From Candidatus Geohabitans tengchongensis (GTDB taxonomy: Bacteria > Sysuimicrobiota > Sysuimicrobiia > Sysuimicrobiales > Humicultoraceae), in NCBI GenBank assembly GCA_031459625.1, contig JAVKIH010000002.1:42958-106957 (forward strand): a stretch of 64,000 nt of DNA. The letters run 5' to 3'. The notes below the pieces were generated by a model, which had not been told where the DNA came from, did no database searches, and saw nothing but the letters and a program-made list of their open reading frames with translations. Every line of letters starts with the position of its first letter. The first letter of the stretch is position 1. Both the position numbers and the translations under genes were made by a program. Shown piece after piece: positions 38,453 to 47,921 of the stretch.

Positions 38453-38494
38453 TCCACAGGAGAGTAGATTGGACCCAATGACTCAGTCAACGTC

Positions 38495-40132
38495 CTACTC
38501 CCACTCGATCGTGGCCGGGGGCTTGCTGGTGACGTCGTAGAGGACCCGGGTAATCCCGCGCACCTCCCGGGTGATGCGGCTGGCCAGGATCTCCAGCAGG
38601 TCGTCGGGCAGGCGAGCCCAGTCCGCCGTCATCCCGTCCTCGCTGGTCACCGCCCGCACCACCACCACCTCGCCGTAGGCGCGCGCGTCCCCCTGCACCC
38701 CGACGCTGGCCACGGGGAGGAGGATGGCGAAGGCCTGCCAGAGGTCGCGGTGGAGCCCGGCGCGCCGCACCTCCTCCCGGACGATGGCGTCGGCGGCGCG
38801 CAGCCGGTCCAGCCGCGCCTCCGTCACCTCGCCGACGACCCGGATGGCCAGCCCCGGGCCGGGGAAGGGGTGGCGCTCCACGATGGCGTCGGGCAGCCCA
38901 AGCTCGCGGGCCACCTCGCGCACCTCGTCCTTGAAGAGCTCGCGCAGCGGTTCGACCAGGCGCAACCGCATGCGCTCGGGGAGCCCGCCCACGTTGTGGT
39001 GGGTCTTGATGCGCGCGGCGGTGCGGGTCCCGCTCTCGATGACGTCCGGGTAGAGGGTCCCCTGGACCAGCACGTCCACGTCCCCCACCCGCGCCGCCTC
39101 CTCCTCGAAGACGCGCACGAACTCCTCGCCGATGCGCCGCCGCTTGGCCTCGGGGTCGGTGACGCCGCGCAGGCGCGCGAGGAATCGCGCCCGGCCGTCC
39201 ACGTGGACGAGCCGCACCCCGTAGAGGTCGCGGAAGGTGCGCACCACCTGCTCGGGCTCGCCGGCCCGCAGGAAGCCGTGGTCGACGAAGATGCAGGTCA
39301 GCCGGTCGCCGATGGCCCGGTGGACCAGCGCCGCCGCCGTGGCCGAGTCCACCCCGCCGGAGAGGGCGCAGAGGGCCCGCCCCTCCCCCACGGCCCGCCG
39401 GACGGCGTCGACGGCGCGGTCGACGAAGGAGGCCATCGTCCAGGTGGGGCGGCACCCACACACCTCGAAGAGGAAGGCGCGCAGGACCTGCACTCCCCAG
39501 GGCGTGTGGGAAACCTCGGGGTGGAACTGCACGCCGTAGAGTCGGCGGGCGTGGTCGCCCATGGCGGCGATGGTCCCGCCGTCGGTGTGCGCCAGCCGCT
39601 CGAACCCCGGCGGGAGGCGCCGGACGGCGTCGCCGTGGCTCATCCAGCAGATCAGGCGGTCTTCCAGGCGCCCGAAGAGCGGCTCGCGCCGGTCCAGGTA
39701 GAGGCGGGTGCGGCCGTACTCGCGGTGGTCTCCGGGTCCGGTCTCCCCGCCCAGCGCGTGGGCCATCAGCTGCATCCCGTAGCAGATGCCCAGCAGGGGC
39801 ACGCCCATGGTGAAGAGCGCGGGGTCGGGGCGGGGGGCCTGCGGCTCGTAGACGCTGGCGGGGCCGCCCGAGAGGACGATGCCGGCGGGGCGCAGGCGGC
39901 GCAGCGCCTCCACCGGCGTGTCGAAGGGCAGGATCAGGCTGTGGACCCGGCTCTCCCGGATCCGGCGGGCGATGAGCTGGGCGTACTGGGCGCCGAAGTC
40001 CAGGACGATGACCGTGTCGTGCCCCGTGTCGGTAGCGGAAGGCGCTTCGGGGAGGGGCACGGGCTGCCCGGCCGGGGCGGCCTCCGGGGCGGTCACGCCC
40101 GGGCCCGGTTCGACCGCGCGGCCGCGCGTCAC
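38495..40132 (-). CDS. guaA: GMP synthase (glutamine-hydrolysing)
   Basis: [64 protein letters not shown] overlap start. Confidence 0.97.
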   Translation of the reverse strand: MTRGRAVEPGPGVTAPEAAPAGQPVPLPEAPSATDTGHDTVIVLDFGAQYAQLIARRIRESRVHSLILPFDTPVEALRRLRPAGIVLSGGPASVYEPQAPRPDPALFTMGVPLLGICYGMQLMAHALGGETGPGDHREYGRTRLYLDRREPLFGRLEDRLICWMSHGDAVRRLPPGFERLAHTDGGTIAAMGDHARRLYGVQFHPEVSHTPWGVQVLRAFLFEVCGCRPTWTMASFVDRAVDAVRRAVGEGRALCALSGGVDSATAAALVHRAIGDRLTCIFVDHGFLRAGEPEQVVRTFRDLYGVRLVHVDGRARFLARLRGVTDPEAKRRRIGEEFVRVFEEEAARVGDVDVLVQGTLYPDVIESGTRTAARIKTHHNVGGLPERMRLRLVEPLRELFKDEVREVARELGLPDAIVERHPFPGPGLAIRVVGEVTEARLDRLRAADAIVREEVRRAGLHRDLWQAFAILLPVASVGVQGDARAYGEVVVVRAVTSEDGMTADWARLPDDLLEILASRITREVRGITRVLYDVTSKPPATIEWE

Positions 40133-41286
40133 CGCCCCTGCCCCACCCGCTGGGCGAACTGCAGCCCCTTCCCTTCCGTGGCCAGCGCCGGTGCCAGCAC
40201 GATCTCCACCTCGTGCATCTCGGCGAGCGTCGTCGCCCCGCACATGCCCAACGCCGTGCGCAGCGCCCCGGCCAGGTTCTGCGACCCGTCGTCCACCACG
40301 GCGGGGCCCAGCAGGATCTGGCGCAGCGTCCCCGAGGTCCCCACGCGGATGCGCGTACCGCGCGGCAGGGCGGCGTGCGGCGTGGCCATCCCCCAGTGGA
40401 AGCCGCGGCCCGGCGCCTCCTCGGCCCTGGCCAGGGCCGAGCCCAGCATGACGGCGTCGGCACCGCAGGCGATGGCTTTGGCCACCTCCCCGCCCACCCC
40501 GATGCCCCCGTCGGCCACCACCGGTACGTAGACGCCGGTGCGGCGGCGGTACTCGTCGCGGGCGGCGGCCACGTCGGCAATGGCGGTGGCCTGGGGCACG
40601 CCCACCCCCAGCACGCGCCGGCTGGTGCAGGCCGCGCCGGGCCCCACCCCCACGAAGACCCCGGCGGCCCCCGCGTCCAGGAGCTGGAGGGCGGCGTCGT
40701 AGGTCACGCAGTTGCCCACCATCACCGGGACGTCCAGCCGGCGGGTCAGGTCGCGCAGCGAGAGGCTGGCCCCGCGGCGGCTGCGGTGGCGCTCGGTCAC
40801 CACGGTCGACTGCACCAGCACGGCGTCGGCGCCCGCCTCCACCGCCGGACGGACCAGGCGCTCGGCCTGGGCCGGCGTCACCGAGACCAGGCAGGGCACA
40901 CCGGCCGCCTTGATAGCCGCCACGCGCTCGGCCACCAGCTCCTCCCGCACCGGCGGGCGGTAGACCTCCTGGAGCCGCGCCACCGCCTCCTCCGGCGAAG
41001 CGCTGGCGATGGCCTCCAGGGCCACCTCCGGGTCGGGGTAGCGCGTCTGCAGTCCTTCCAGGTTGAGCACACCCGCCGCCCCCAGCGCGCCGAGCAGCGC
41101 GGCCGTGCGCACGTCCACCACGCTGTCCATGGCCGCCCCGAGGAAGGGCAGGGGGAAGGTCAGGTCACCGACGCGCCAGGAGAGGTCGACGTCCTCGGGG
41201 TCGACCGTCGAGGTCCCGGGGGCGAGCGCGATGTCGTCGAAACCGTAGGCGGTGCGGGCGGTGCGGTGGCGGCCGACGAAGGGCAT
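40129..41286 (-). CDS. guaB3: GuaB3-type IMP dehydrogenase-family protein (no CBS domains)
   Basis: [47 protein letters not shown]. Confidence 0.9.
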   Translation of the reverse strand: MPFVGRHRTARTAYGFDDIALAPGTSTVDPEDVDLSWRVGDLTFPLPFLGAAMDSVVDVRTAALLGALGAAGVLNLEGLQTRYPDPEVALEAIASASPEEAVARLQEVYRPPVREELVAERVAAIKAAGVPCLVSVTPAQAERLVRPAVEAGADAVLVQSTVVTERHRSRRGASLSLRDLTRRLDVPVMVGNCVTYDAALQLLDAGAAGVFVGVGPGAACTSRRVLGVGVPQATAIADVAAARDEYRRRTGVYVPVVADGGIGVGGEVAKAIACGADAVMLGSALARAEEAPGRGFHWGMATPHAALPRGTRIRVGTSGTLRQILLGPAVVDDGSQNLAGALRTALGMCGATTLAEMHEVEIVLAPALATEGKGLQFAQRVGQGR

Positions 41287-41828
41287 CAGCGGTAGATCTC
41301 CGGTTTGAGCACGCAGATGAAGGGGACGTTGCGGTAGCGGCCGGCGTAGTCGAGCCCGTAGCCGACCACGAAGCGGTCGGGGATCTCGAAGCCCCGGTAG
41401 TCGATGCGCACCTCCCGGCGCCGCCGCGGCACCTTGTCGAGGAGGGCGCAGACCGCCAGCGAGGCCGGGTAGCGGGCGCGCAGGAGCTCCAGCAGGTAGT
41501 CCATGGTGTAGCCGGTGTCGATGATGTCGTCCACGACCACCACGTGGCGCCCCTCGATCGACTGGTCCAGGTCCTTGAGGATGCGCACGATCCCGGAGCT
41601 CTCCGTCCCCTGCCCGTAGGAGGCGGTGGCCATGAAGTCCACGGCGCAGGGGATGGTGATGGCCCGCAGCAGGTCGGCGAGAAAGACGAACGATCCAGTC
41701 AGAATGCCCACCAGCAGGGGCTCGCGCCCGTCGTAGTCGTGAGAGATGGCCCGACCGAGCTCCTGGATCCGCTGCTGGAGAGCCTCAGTGGGAATCAGGA
41801 TCTCATCGACGTCGTCGAGCAGGGACAC
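41286..41828 (-). CDS. hpt: Hypoxanthine phosphoribosyltransferase
   Basis: GILTGSFVFLADL, VVDDIIDTGYT, FVVGYGLDY; GTG after GGAGG. Confidence 0.96.
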   Translation of the reverse strand: MSLLDDVDEILIPTEALQQRIQELGRAISHDYDGREPLLVGILTGSFVFLADLLRAITIPCAVDFMATASYGQGTESSGIVRILKDLDQSIEGRHVVVVDDIIDTGYTMDYLLELLRARYPASLAVCALLDKVPRRRREVRIDYRGFEIPDRFVVGYGLDYAGRYRNVPFICVLKPEIYR

Positions 41829-41885
41829 GGCCCCTCCAGGAAGGAAGGCAGCCTGTGCGCGGCCGGTGCAGAAGACGTAAAATTT

Positions 41886-41915
41886 ATTATAGGAACGGTG
41901 CACCTGACCTGTCAA
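41886..41915 (-). promoter_or_regulatory. Consensus sigma70 promoter for hpt-guaB3-guaA
   Basis: TTGACA-18nt-TATAAT on the minus strand within an AT-rich patch. Confidence 0.85.
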
Positions 41916-42002
41916 ATGCCACCTAGATATTGGAAACATTTACCGGGGGAGCGTCCAGGTCGTTCGGTTCTGCGCTCCGCCCAACCTGCAGCAGCGGCGC
42001 GG

Positions 42003-42584
42003 TCAAGGTGCCGGGGTGGCGTGCGTGCGGCTCCCGGGTTTCGTGAACGGGAGTCCTGCGCGGCAGAGGGGACAGAGGGCCGGCAGGTAGGCCTCCGCCT
42101 CCACGGTGACCAGCGCCTCAAAGGGGACCCCCAGGGTGAGCGCCGTGCCGCTGCGGTCGACCAGGGCCCCGATCCCCACCACCTGGGCGCCGTGGGCCTC
42201 GAGCAGCCGCTTCACCTCGCCCACCGCCGCTCCGGTGGTCACGACGTCCTCGACGACGAGCGCGCGCTCCCCCGGGCGCACCGTGAAGGAGCGGCGCAGG
42301 GCCATCCGGCCTTCCTCCCGCTCCGTCCACAGCGCCCGCGCCCCCAGCTGGCGGGCCACCTCGTAGGCCAGGACGATCGCCCCGATGGCCGGCCCGACCA
42401 CGACCTCGACGCCCCGGTCGCGGAACCGGTCGGCGAGCTCGCGGCAGGCCTCGGCGGTCTCGGTGGGGTGCTGGAGGAGGAGGGCGATCTGGATGTAGGT
42501 GGGACTGTGCATCCCCGAGCTGAGGAGGAAGTGCCCCTCCTGGTAGAGGGGGTGGCGCCGGAAGATCTCCGCGAAGGACGCCAT
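42003..42584 (-). CDS. pyrE: Orotate phosphoribosyltransferase
   Basis: GHFLLSSGMHS, VVEDVVTTG, LVDRS; follows pyrF. Confidence 0.93.
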   Translation of the reverse strand: MASFAEIFRRHPLYQEGHFLLSSGMHSPTYIQIALLLQHPTETAEACRELADRFRDRGVEVVVGPAIGAIVLAYEVARQLGARALWTEREEGRMALRRSFTVRPGERALVVEDVVTTGAAVGEVKRLLEAHGAQVVGIGALVDRSGTALTLGVPFEALVTVEAEAYLPALCPLCRAGLPFTKPGSRTHATPAP

Positions 42585-42586
42585 GG

Positions 42587-43279
42587 CTAGGTGGGAGCGG
42601 CGCTCCCCAGCCGCAGCTCCTCGAGGATCGCACGCGCCGCGACCGCAGGATCCCCGGCCTCGACGATGGGCCGGCCCACCACGACCAGGTCGGCCCCCGC
42701 CTGCGCCGCCTCGGTTGGGGTGGCGACGCGCTGCTGGTCCTCGGCCGGCCAGCCGCGCGGCCGCACCCCGGGGGTGAGCGTGAGGAAGCCGCGGGGACAG
42801 GCGGCGCGCACGAGCCCCACCTCGCGGACGGCCACGACCGTCCCGTCCATGCCCAGCGAAGCCGCCCACCGCGCCTGCTCCTGCACGCGGCGGTCGTGGT
42901 CGCCCTCCTGACCGATCGGGAGCGGCTCGCTGGTCAGATGTGTGACGCCGAGCAACCGCGGCCCGCCGGCCTCCCGGGCCGCGGCAGCGCCCGCCCGCAC
43001 CATCGCCTCCCCGCCGGCCAGGTGCACGGTCAGGTACGATGCGCCCAGGCGCGCAGCGGCGCGGACGGCGCCGGCGACGGTGTGGGGGATGTCGTGCAGC
43101 TTGAGGTCCAGGACGACTACCCCGCCCCGCTCCCGTACCAGCGCCACGGCCTGGGGCCCTGTCGCGGTGAAGAGTTCCAGCCCCACCTTGAAGTGCGTGA
43201 CGATCCCCTCGAGCCTGTCCAGCAGGGCGCGGGCCCGGGACAGGTCGGGGACGTCCAGGGCGACGACCAGCTCAGCCAC
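42587..43279 (-). CDS. pyrF: Orotidine-5'-phosphate decarboxylase
   Basis: VALD, FKVGLELF, DLKLHDIPHTV, TPGVR, DQQRVATP, VVGRPI. Confidence 0.96.
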   Translation of the reverse strand: MAELVVALDVPDLSRARALLDRLEGIVTHFKVGLELFTATGPQAVALVRERGGVVVLDLKLHDIPHTVAGAVRAAARLGASYLTVHLAGGEAMVRAGAAAAREAGGPRLLGVTHLTSEPLPIGQEGDHDRRVQEQARWAASLGMDGTVVAVREVGLVRAACPRGFLTLTPGVRPRGWPAEDQQRVATPTEAAQAGADLVVVGRPIVEAGDPAVAARAILEELRLGSAAPT

Positions 43280-44273
43280 TCCAGCCCTCCGCGGCGAGCG
43301 CCAGGCCCGGGGCCTCATCCGGCAGGCCCTCGACCGCACCGACCACCTGGCGGATGTCGCTGAACCCGTGCTGCTGCAGGTAGGTGGCGAGGCCCGCGGT
43401 GATCCGGCGCGGTGCCTCCGCATCCACCAGCACGGCAGACGCCACGCCCACGGCGTGGGCCCCCACCAGCAGGAACTCCAGCGCGTGCTCGGCCGTGAGG
43501 ACCCCGCCCATGCCGATGACCGGGAGACCGGTGGCGCGCGCCACCTCCCAGGTGAGGCGCACCGCAACCGGCCGGATCGCCGGCCCCGACAGGCCGCCAA
43601 GCCCGGCGCCCAGCCGAGGGCGGCGGGTGCCCGGGTCGATGGCCAGCCCGGCCAGCGTGTTCACGCACCCGAAGGCGTCCGCGCCCGCCCCGGCCGCGGC
43701 ACGCGCCACCGCCGTCACGTCGGTGGCGTTGGGGGTGAGCTTGACGATGAGCGGCCGCCGGGTGGCCCGCCGCACGCCCGCCACCAGCTCCTCCGTCAGG
43801 CGGGGCTCACTGCCGAAGCGCTGGCCGGCGTGCACGTTGGGGCAGGAGACGTTCAGCTCGATGGCGGCCACCCCGTCCTCGGCGTCCAGCCACTCGGCCA
43901 GACGGACGAACTCCTCGACCGTCGTGCCGGCCACGCTGACCACGATGGGGATGCCCAGCGTGCGCAGGAAAGGGAGGTCTTTCACCAGGAAAGCAGCCAG
44001 GCCTGGGTTGCGCAGCCCGACGGCGTTCAGCCAGCCGCCGTCCACCTCGACCACGTGCGGCCGCGCGTGCCCCTCGCGGGGCTCCAGGGTCACCGACTTG
44101 GTGATGAACCCCCCGAAGGCGCGCAGGTCCACCGCCCCCTGGACCTCCCGCCCGAAGCCCAGCGGCCCGGGGGCGGCCAGCACCGGCGTGGGGAAGGTGA
44201 TGCCGGCGAGGGTGATGGCCAGACGTGGGCCCCCGGCGGGGTGGACCTCGGCAGCTTGGGACGACGTGGGCAC
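43272..44273 (-). CDS. pyrD: Dihydroorotate dehydrogenase, family 1 catalytic subunit
   Basis: KSVT, LNAVGLRNPG, ELNVSCPN, VKLTPN, GGLSGPAIRP; start approximate. Confidence 0.95.
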   Translation of the reverse strand: MPTSSQAAEVHPAGGPRLAITLAGITFPTPVLAAPGPLGFGREVQGAVDLRAFGGFITKSVTLEPREGHARPHVVEVDGGWLNAVGLRNPGLAAFLVKDLPFLRTLGIPIVVSVAGTTVEEFVRLAEWLDAEDGVAAIELNVSCPNVHAGQRFGSEPRLTEELVAGVRRATRRPLIVKLTPNATDVTAVARAAAGAGADAFGCVNTLAGLAIDPGTRRPRLGAGLGGLSGPAIRPVAVRLTWEVARATGLPVIGMGGVLTAEHALEFLLVGAHAVGVASAVLVDAEAPRRITAGLATYLQQHGFSDIRQVVGAVEGLPDEAPGLALAAEGWSG

Positions 44274-44437
44274 GCGGGCAACCCCTCCCTCTTCTGATTC
44301 CACCCGATCCGCCCGGATCCTCGCACCGGACGAGCACCAAGGCGGACCGGGCGCTGTGTCGTGGGTAACAGTCGGAGGAGGCGGGAGGGGCTATGCTCCC
44401 CTGGCACGACACTCCAGCTCGGAGGGAGGACGACACG

Positions 44438-44635
44438 ATGAAGCGTGCACTGGCACGGTGGTTCCTGCCTGTTGCCCTCGCGCTCACCAGCGCGCAGGGG
44501 GCCGCGGTTCCCCTGGTGGCTCAGGTCTACTACCTGGACCAGGACGGACCGGGCCGCGACCGCACCGACCTCAGCGCCCAGACCATCTGGCTCGACCAGG
44601 ACGCTCCTGGCCGTGACCGCGTGGACGTGGGCTAG
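44438..44635 (+). CDS. 65-aa secreted peptide with two tandem 19-aa repeats, unknown function
   Basis: Strong SD (GGAGGGAGG), TATGCT -10 candidate at 44392, signal peptide, repeats conserved at the protein level. Confidence 0.75.
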   Translation: MKRALARWFLPVALALTSAQGAAVPLVAQVYYLDQDGPGRDRTDLSAQTIWLDQDAPGRDRVDVG

Positions 44636-44645
44636 ATCGAGCATC

Positions 44646-44754
44646 CGAGGGTGAGGGATCCCATCCCCTCACCCTCGCCCCTCACCCTCGCCCCTCACCC
44701 TCGCCCCTCACCCTCGCCCCTCACCCTCGCCCCTCACCCTCGCCCCTCCCCTCG
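44646..44754. repeat. 13-nt tandem array (CCCCTCACCCTCG)x6 plus 1 degenerate copy, preceded by one inverted copy
   Basis: Perfect units at 44665-44742; CGAGGGTGAGGG at 44646-44657 is the reverse complement of the unit core. Confidence 0.97.
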
Positions 44755-44842
44755 CCATCCCCTCCGTCGCGCCATTTCCCCAGCCGCTCGTCCTCCTCCT
44801 GGATGCCGCAGAGTGTCGGAGCGGTTCAGGGGAGCGGAGAGG

Positions 44843-45463
44843 TCAGGAAGTGGGAATCCGCCGCAGCAGGTCCGGGAAGCGCCGCACGAAGTCCGCAATG
44901 GCCAGCTCGGCGGCCCTGAGGAGCGGCAGACCCCCCTGATCGTATCCATGGACCTCCGTGCGCATCGGGAGGCCCGGAACCACCGCAGACCCGAGGTGAA
45001 TCGCCAGCACCACAGTCGCCGCCGGAGGACCTTCCGGGATCTCGTCGGGCGTCAGCGGGGGACGCGCTGGATCGACGTCCGCGCGGATGAGGCTCCCGGT
45101 GATGAAGAGGCGGGCACCGGCTCGTCGAGCCACTTCGCTGGCACCCGCGATCGTGCGGAGGTCGGCAGCCCGCCCCCCTGTCTCCCGGATGGCCCGTTCC
45201 ACGTCGGCAGCAGGCACGATCGGGTACCCACGCTGGGCGAGGCTCTGGGCCAGGCGGAGGGTAGCGAAGCGAGCCAACGCGCCACGCATCCCAACTTCGT
45301 CCGCGAAGGGCAGGATGGCGATGGGACCCACCTGTTGGGCCGTGACCCTGGCTCCCGAGGGCGGGGCCAGGGCGACACCGGCGAAGACTGCCAGGAGGAG
45401 AGATCCCACCCGGCGGGCAGGCACCCTTCGCATCATGGCCCTGGTGACTCTCACCTGCTTCAC
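44843..45463 (-). CDS. Hypothetical exported protein, possibly CsgG/TolB-N-like alpha/beta domain
   Basis: Signal peptide, IAILPF, YPIV, ARRAGARLFITGSL pattern; start uncertain. Confidence 0.65.
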   Translation of the reverse strand: MKQVRVTRAMMRRVPARRVGSLLLAVFAGVALAPPSGARVTAQQVGPIAILPFADEVGMRGALARFATLRLAQSLAQRGYPIVPAADVERAIRETGGRAADLRTIAGASEVARRAGARLFITGSLIRADVDPARPPLTPDEIPEGPPAATVVLAIHLGSAVVPGLPMRTEVHGYDQGGLPLLRAAELAIADFVRRFPDLLRRIPTS

Positions 45464-45512
45464 CTCCCTCAGGCATGGAGGCCCCGGCGGGCACTACCCC
45501 AGAGGGGAGCGG

Positions 45513-45770
45513 TCAGGTCCCCCGGCGGCGGACGATCGACCACACGCCCCCCTGCTGCTTGACCAGGTCGCCCACTTGCACCTGCTGCCAGAAGGGGAAG
45601 GGGGCGGCGTAATCGTGCCCGTTGATGACGAGGATGAACTCCCCCCCGGAGGGGTCGTAGCGTTTGGCCTCCACCCAGCCGATGACCTCGGGCTGCCCGG
45701 GTTCCCGGTCGCAGCCAGGGACGAGCTGGGCCAGCGGTAGGAGGAGGACCAGCACGAAGGCGATCTTCAC
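45513..45770 (-). CDS. Small hypothetical lipoprotein
   Basis: MKIAFVLVLLLPLAQLVPG-C lipobox-like signal; beta-rich mature part ending VQVGDLV. Confidence 0.7.
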   Translation of the reverse strand: MKIAFVLVLLLPLAQLVPGCDREPGQPEVIGWVEAKRYDPSGGEFILVINGHDYAAPFPFWQQVQVGDLVKQQGGVWSIVRRRGT

Positions 45771-45816
45771 ACCATCCCCCCTTGGGTCGCGGACGACGTG
45801 TGCGTATGAGGAAACG

Positions 45817-45849
45817 AAAACGCCCCCGGGGAGAGTTTCCCCGGGGGCG
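45817..45849 (-). terminator. Intrinsic terminator of the ompM-like gene
   Basis: CGCCCCCGGGGA / TCCCCGGGGGCG 12-bp stem followed by TTTT on the minus strand, 14 nt after the stop. Confidence 0.85.
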
Positions 45850-45863
45850 CCCCGTTCCCTGCT

Positions 45864-47462
45864 CTACCAGGAGTAGGTGAGCTGCACCCGGTAGAAGTTC
45901 GTCGTGTCAGCTCCGGCGACGGTCTGCCGGAACCACATCGGGCTGAGCGTGGTGCGCGGCGCGATGGTCCAGTTCAGCCGCGCCCAGAAGGTGCTGACGC
46001 TGGCCCCGGAGGCCACACCCGAGCCGGGTGCGGTGTTGATCCGGGTGTAGGACTCGTAGGTGAGCGCCGCGTTCACCGTGGGCGAGAAGGTCAGGCTGAG
46101 GTTCGTGCCCCACCCGCGCATGTTCCAGCAGTCGGTCGCGCTGAAGAGGATCTCGTCACACGCGTAGGTGTAGACGGGCACGTCCCCGCCCGCCGGCAGC
46201 GGACCGTAGTTCTTGTACCAGATGTCGAGCACCGGCGAGAAGGTGGTCAACCCGGCCAGGGTGGCCAGGTTGAGCGAGACCCCCGCCCGCCAGGCGCTGG
46301 CGGCCGACAGCCCCGTGAACGTCCACGAGGCGTACTCCCCGTAGAAGTTCAGGCCGGAGATGAGCGTGCCGCCGAGGTCGACGCTGAAGCCGTTGCCGCG
46401 CGTGGAGGCCGCCGGGACACCGGCCGCCGCACCCAACGGGCCGCCCGCCACGGAGAGCGGGTTGCGCTCCGTGTAGTAGGAGGCCCCGAGCGTCCAGCCC
46501 GGCATGATGTCAAAGGTGCCGCGCACGCCCCAGTAGTTCAGCAGGGGCGCGCTGCCCAGGCCGCTGCCCGTCGAGGTCTGGTTGTCCTGGGCGACGAAGG
46601 CGAAGAGCTTGAGCGGGCCGACGTTGAAGTTGGCGGTGACGCCGTCGTTCACGCCGGTGGTCCACCCGGCATTGGCATGGTCGAAGAGCAGGCCGACGCC
46701 GAAGCCCCAGTTGGGCGTGCCGCCCAGCGTGATGGGCTGCCGGCCGACCCGCCATGCGATGGGAATCCCCCACGCCGTGTTGATGTCCAGATAGGCCAAG
46801 TCGAAGGCGACGCTGTTGAACACCGCAGTGTTACCGAATCGGACGTCGAAGTTCCCCGCACCGGCGTTATTGGCGGCCCACAGCCGGACCGTGGCCTTCA
46901 CGGCCGGGGTCACCTGGCCGGTGAAGGTGAGACGGGCCCGGAGGCGGGCGTCGGGAGCCCGGCCGGTGCCCGACCCGCTGGGCGAGCCCTGCGGGAAGAT
47001 GTTGTAGCGGAACCGGAAGTCCCCGGTCACCTTGGTGTTGTCGAGGCGGGCCCGGAGGGCCTGCAGCTCCTCCTCCACCGCAGTCACGCGCACGCCCAGC
47101 GCGGCCAGCTCGGCGCGGAACTCGTTCACGAGCCGCTGGACGGTGGCGAGCTTCGTGCGCACGGCGTCGAGGTCCGCACGCCGCACTTCCGGCGGTGGGA
47201 TCTTGGGAGGCTCGGGGATCTTGATGGCCTCGATGCGGGCCAGCAGCCTGGCCACGACCATGGCCATCTCGTACCGGGTCATGGCCCGGTCGCCCTTGAA
47301 CGTCCCATCGGGGTAGCCCTCGATGAGACCTTTCGCCGCCAGCTCGGCGATCGCGTCGAAGGCCCAGTGGTCGGTGGGCACATCGGCGAACGGCTGAGCG
47401 AAGGCGGGAGCAACGAGTGCCAGTGAGAGCACCGTTGCGATGGCAAACGCGAGGTACCTCAT
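45864..47462 (-). CDS. SLH domain + coiled coil + beta-barrel outer-membrane protein (OmpM/SlpA-like)
   Basis: Signal peptide, FADVPTDHWA..GYPDGTFKG..TRYEMA SLH motif, EFRAELAALGVRV coiled coil, amphipathic strands, C-terminal YSW. Confidence 0.9.
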   Translation of the reverse strand: MRYLAFAIATVLSLALVAPAFAQPFADVPTDHWAFDAIAELAAKGLIEGYPDGTFKGDRAMTRYEMAMVVARLLARIEAIKIPEPPKIPPPEVRRADLDAVRTKLATVQRLVNEFRAELAALGVRVTAVEEELQALRARLDNTKVTGDFRFRYNIFPQGSPSGSGTGRAPDARLRARLTFTGQVTPAVKATVRLWAANNAGAGNFDVRFGNTAVFNSVAFDLAYLDINTAWGIPIAWRVGRQPITLGGTPNWGFGVGLLFDHANAGWTTGVNDGVTANFNVGPLKLFAFVAQDNQTSTGSGLGSAPLLNYWGVRGTFDIMPGWTLGASYYTERNPLSVAGGPLGAAAGVPAASTRGNGFSVDLGGTLISGLNFYGEYASWTFTGLSAASAWRAGVSLNLATLAGLTTFSPVLDIWYKNYGPLPAGGDVPVYTYACDEILFSATDCWNMRGWGTNLSLTFSPTVNAALTYESYTRINTAPGSGVASGASVSTFWARLNWTIAPRTTLSPMWFRQTVAGADTTNFYRVQLTYSW

Positions 47463-47921
47463 CTGCTCCCAACCCCCTTCAGGGTCTGAGGTCGAGCCGG
47501 CTGATCCAGGGGCTGGTGCAGAGTGGTCGTGTTTCCTCCGTCCTCACCCCGGGAGTCCGGCTCGCGGCTCTCCCCCATCCCGTCTCCCCGCAATGCACTT
47601 CCTCCATCACCTCCTCCTGGCGGTGGAGCCGCCCTGGGCCCGGACGGGCCGGATGGCGGAGACGGCTCACAATGACAGCAGCGCGGCAAACGCCGTCTGA
47701 ACCAGTTCTGAGTCTGTCGTCAGGTGCGCGGCGGAACCGACCGCCGCGATACATCAGGACACGCGATGAAACACTGAGGCCGCGCCCCGCTGGACCACGG
47801 GCGCGTCTCCAGTGTACGGGCCGGGCTGATGAGCCTGTCAAGTCGCAACCTTACTCTCATGCCCCACTACGGCCCTGAATAGACGTTCGACGGGACCCCA
47901 TGATATCCTTCCTCGCCGTCC

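Noticed and set aside
41829..41885. Purine riboswitch upstream of hpt-guaB3-guaA
   Set aside because: The leader after the promoter is about 50 nt and lacks the purine aptamer consensus
43272..44273. pyrD without an adjacent pyrK
   Set aside because: Split pyr operons are common and pyrK may be elsewhere; not informative from this window
44665..44754. Tandem array as a possible CRISPR
   Set aside because: 13-nt units with no spacers and no cas genes
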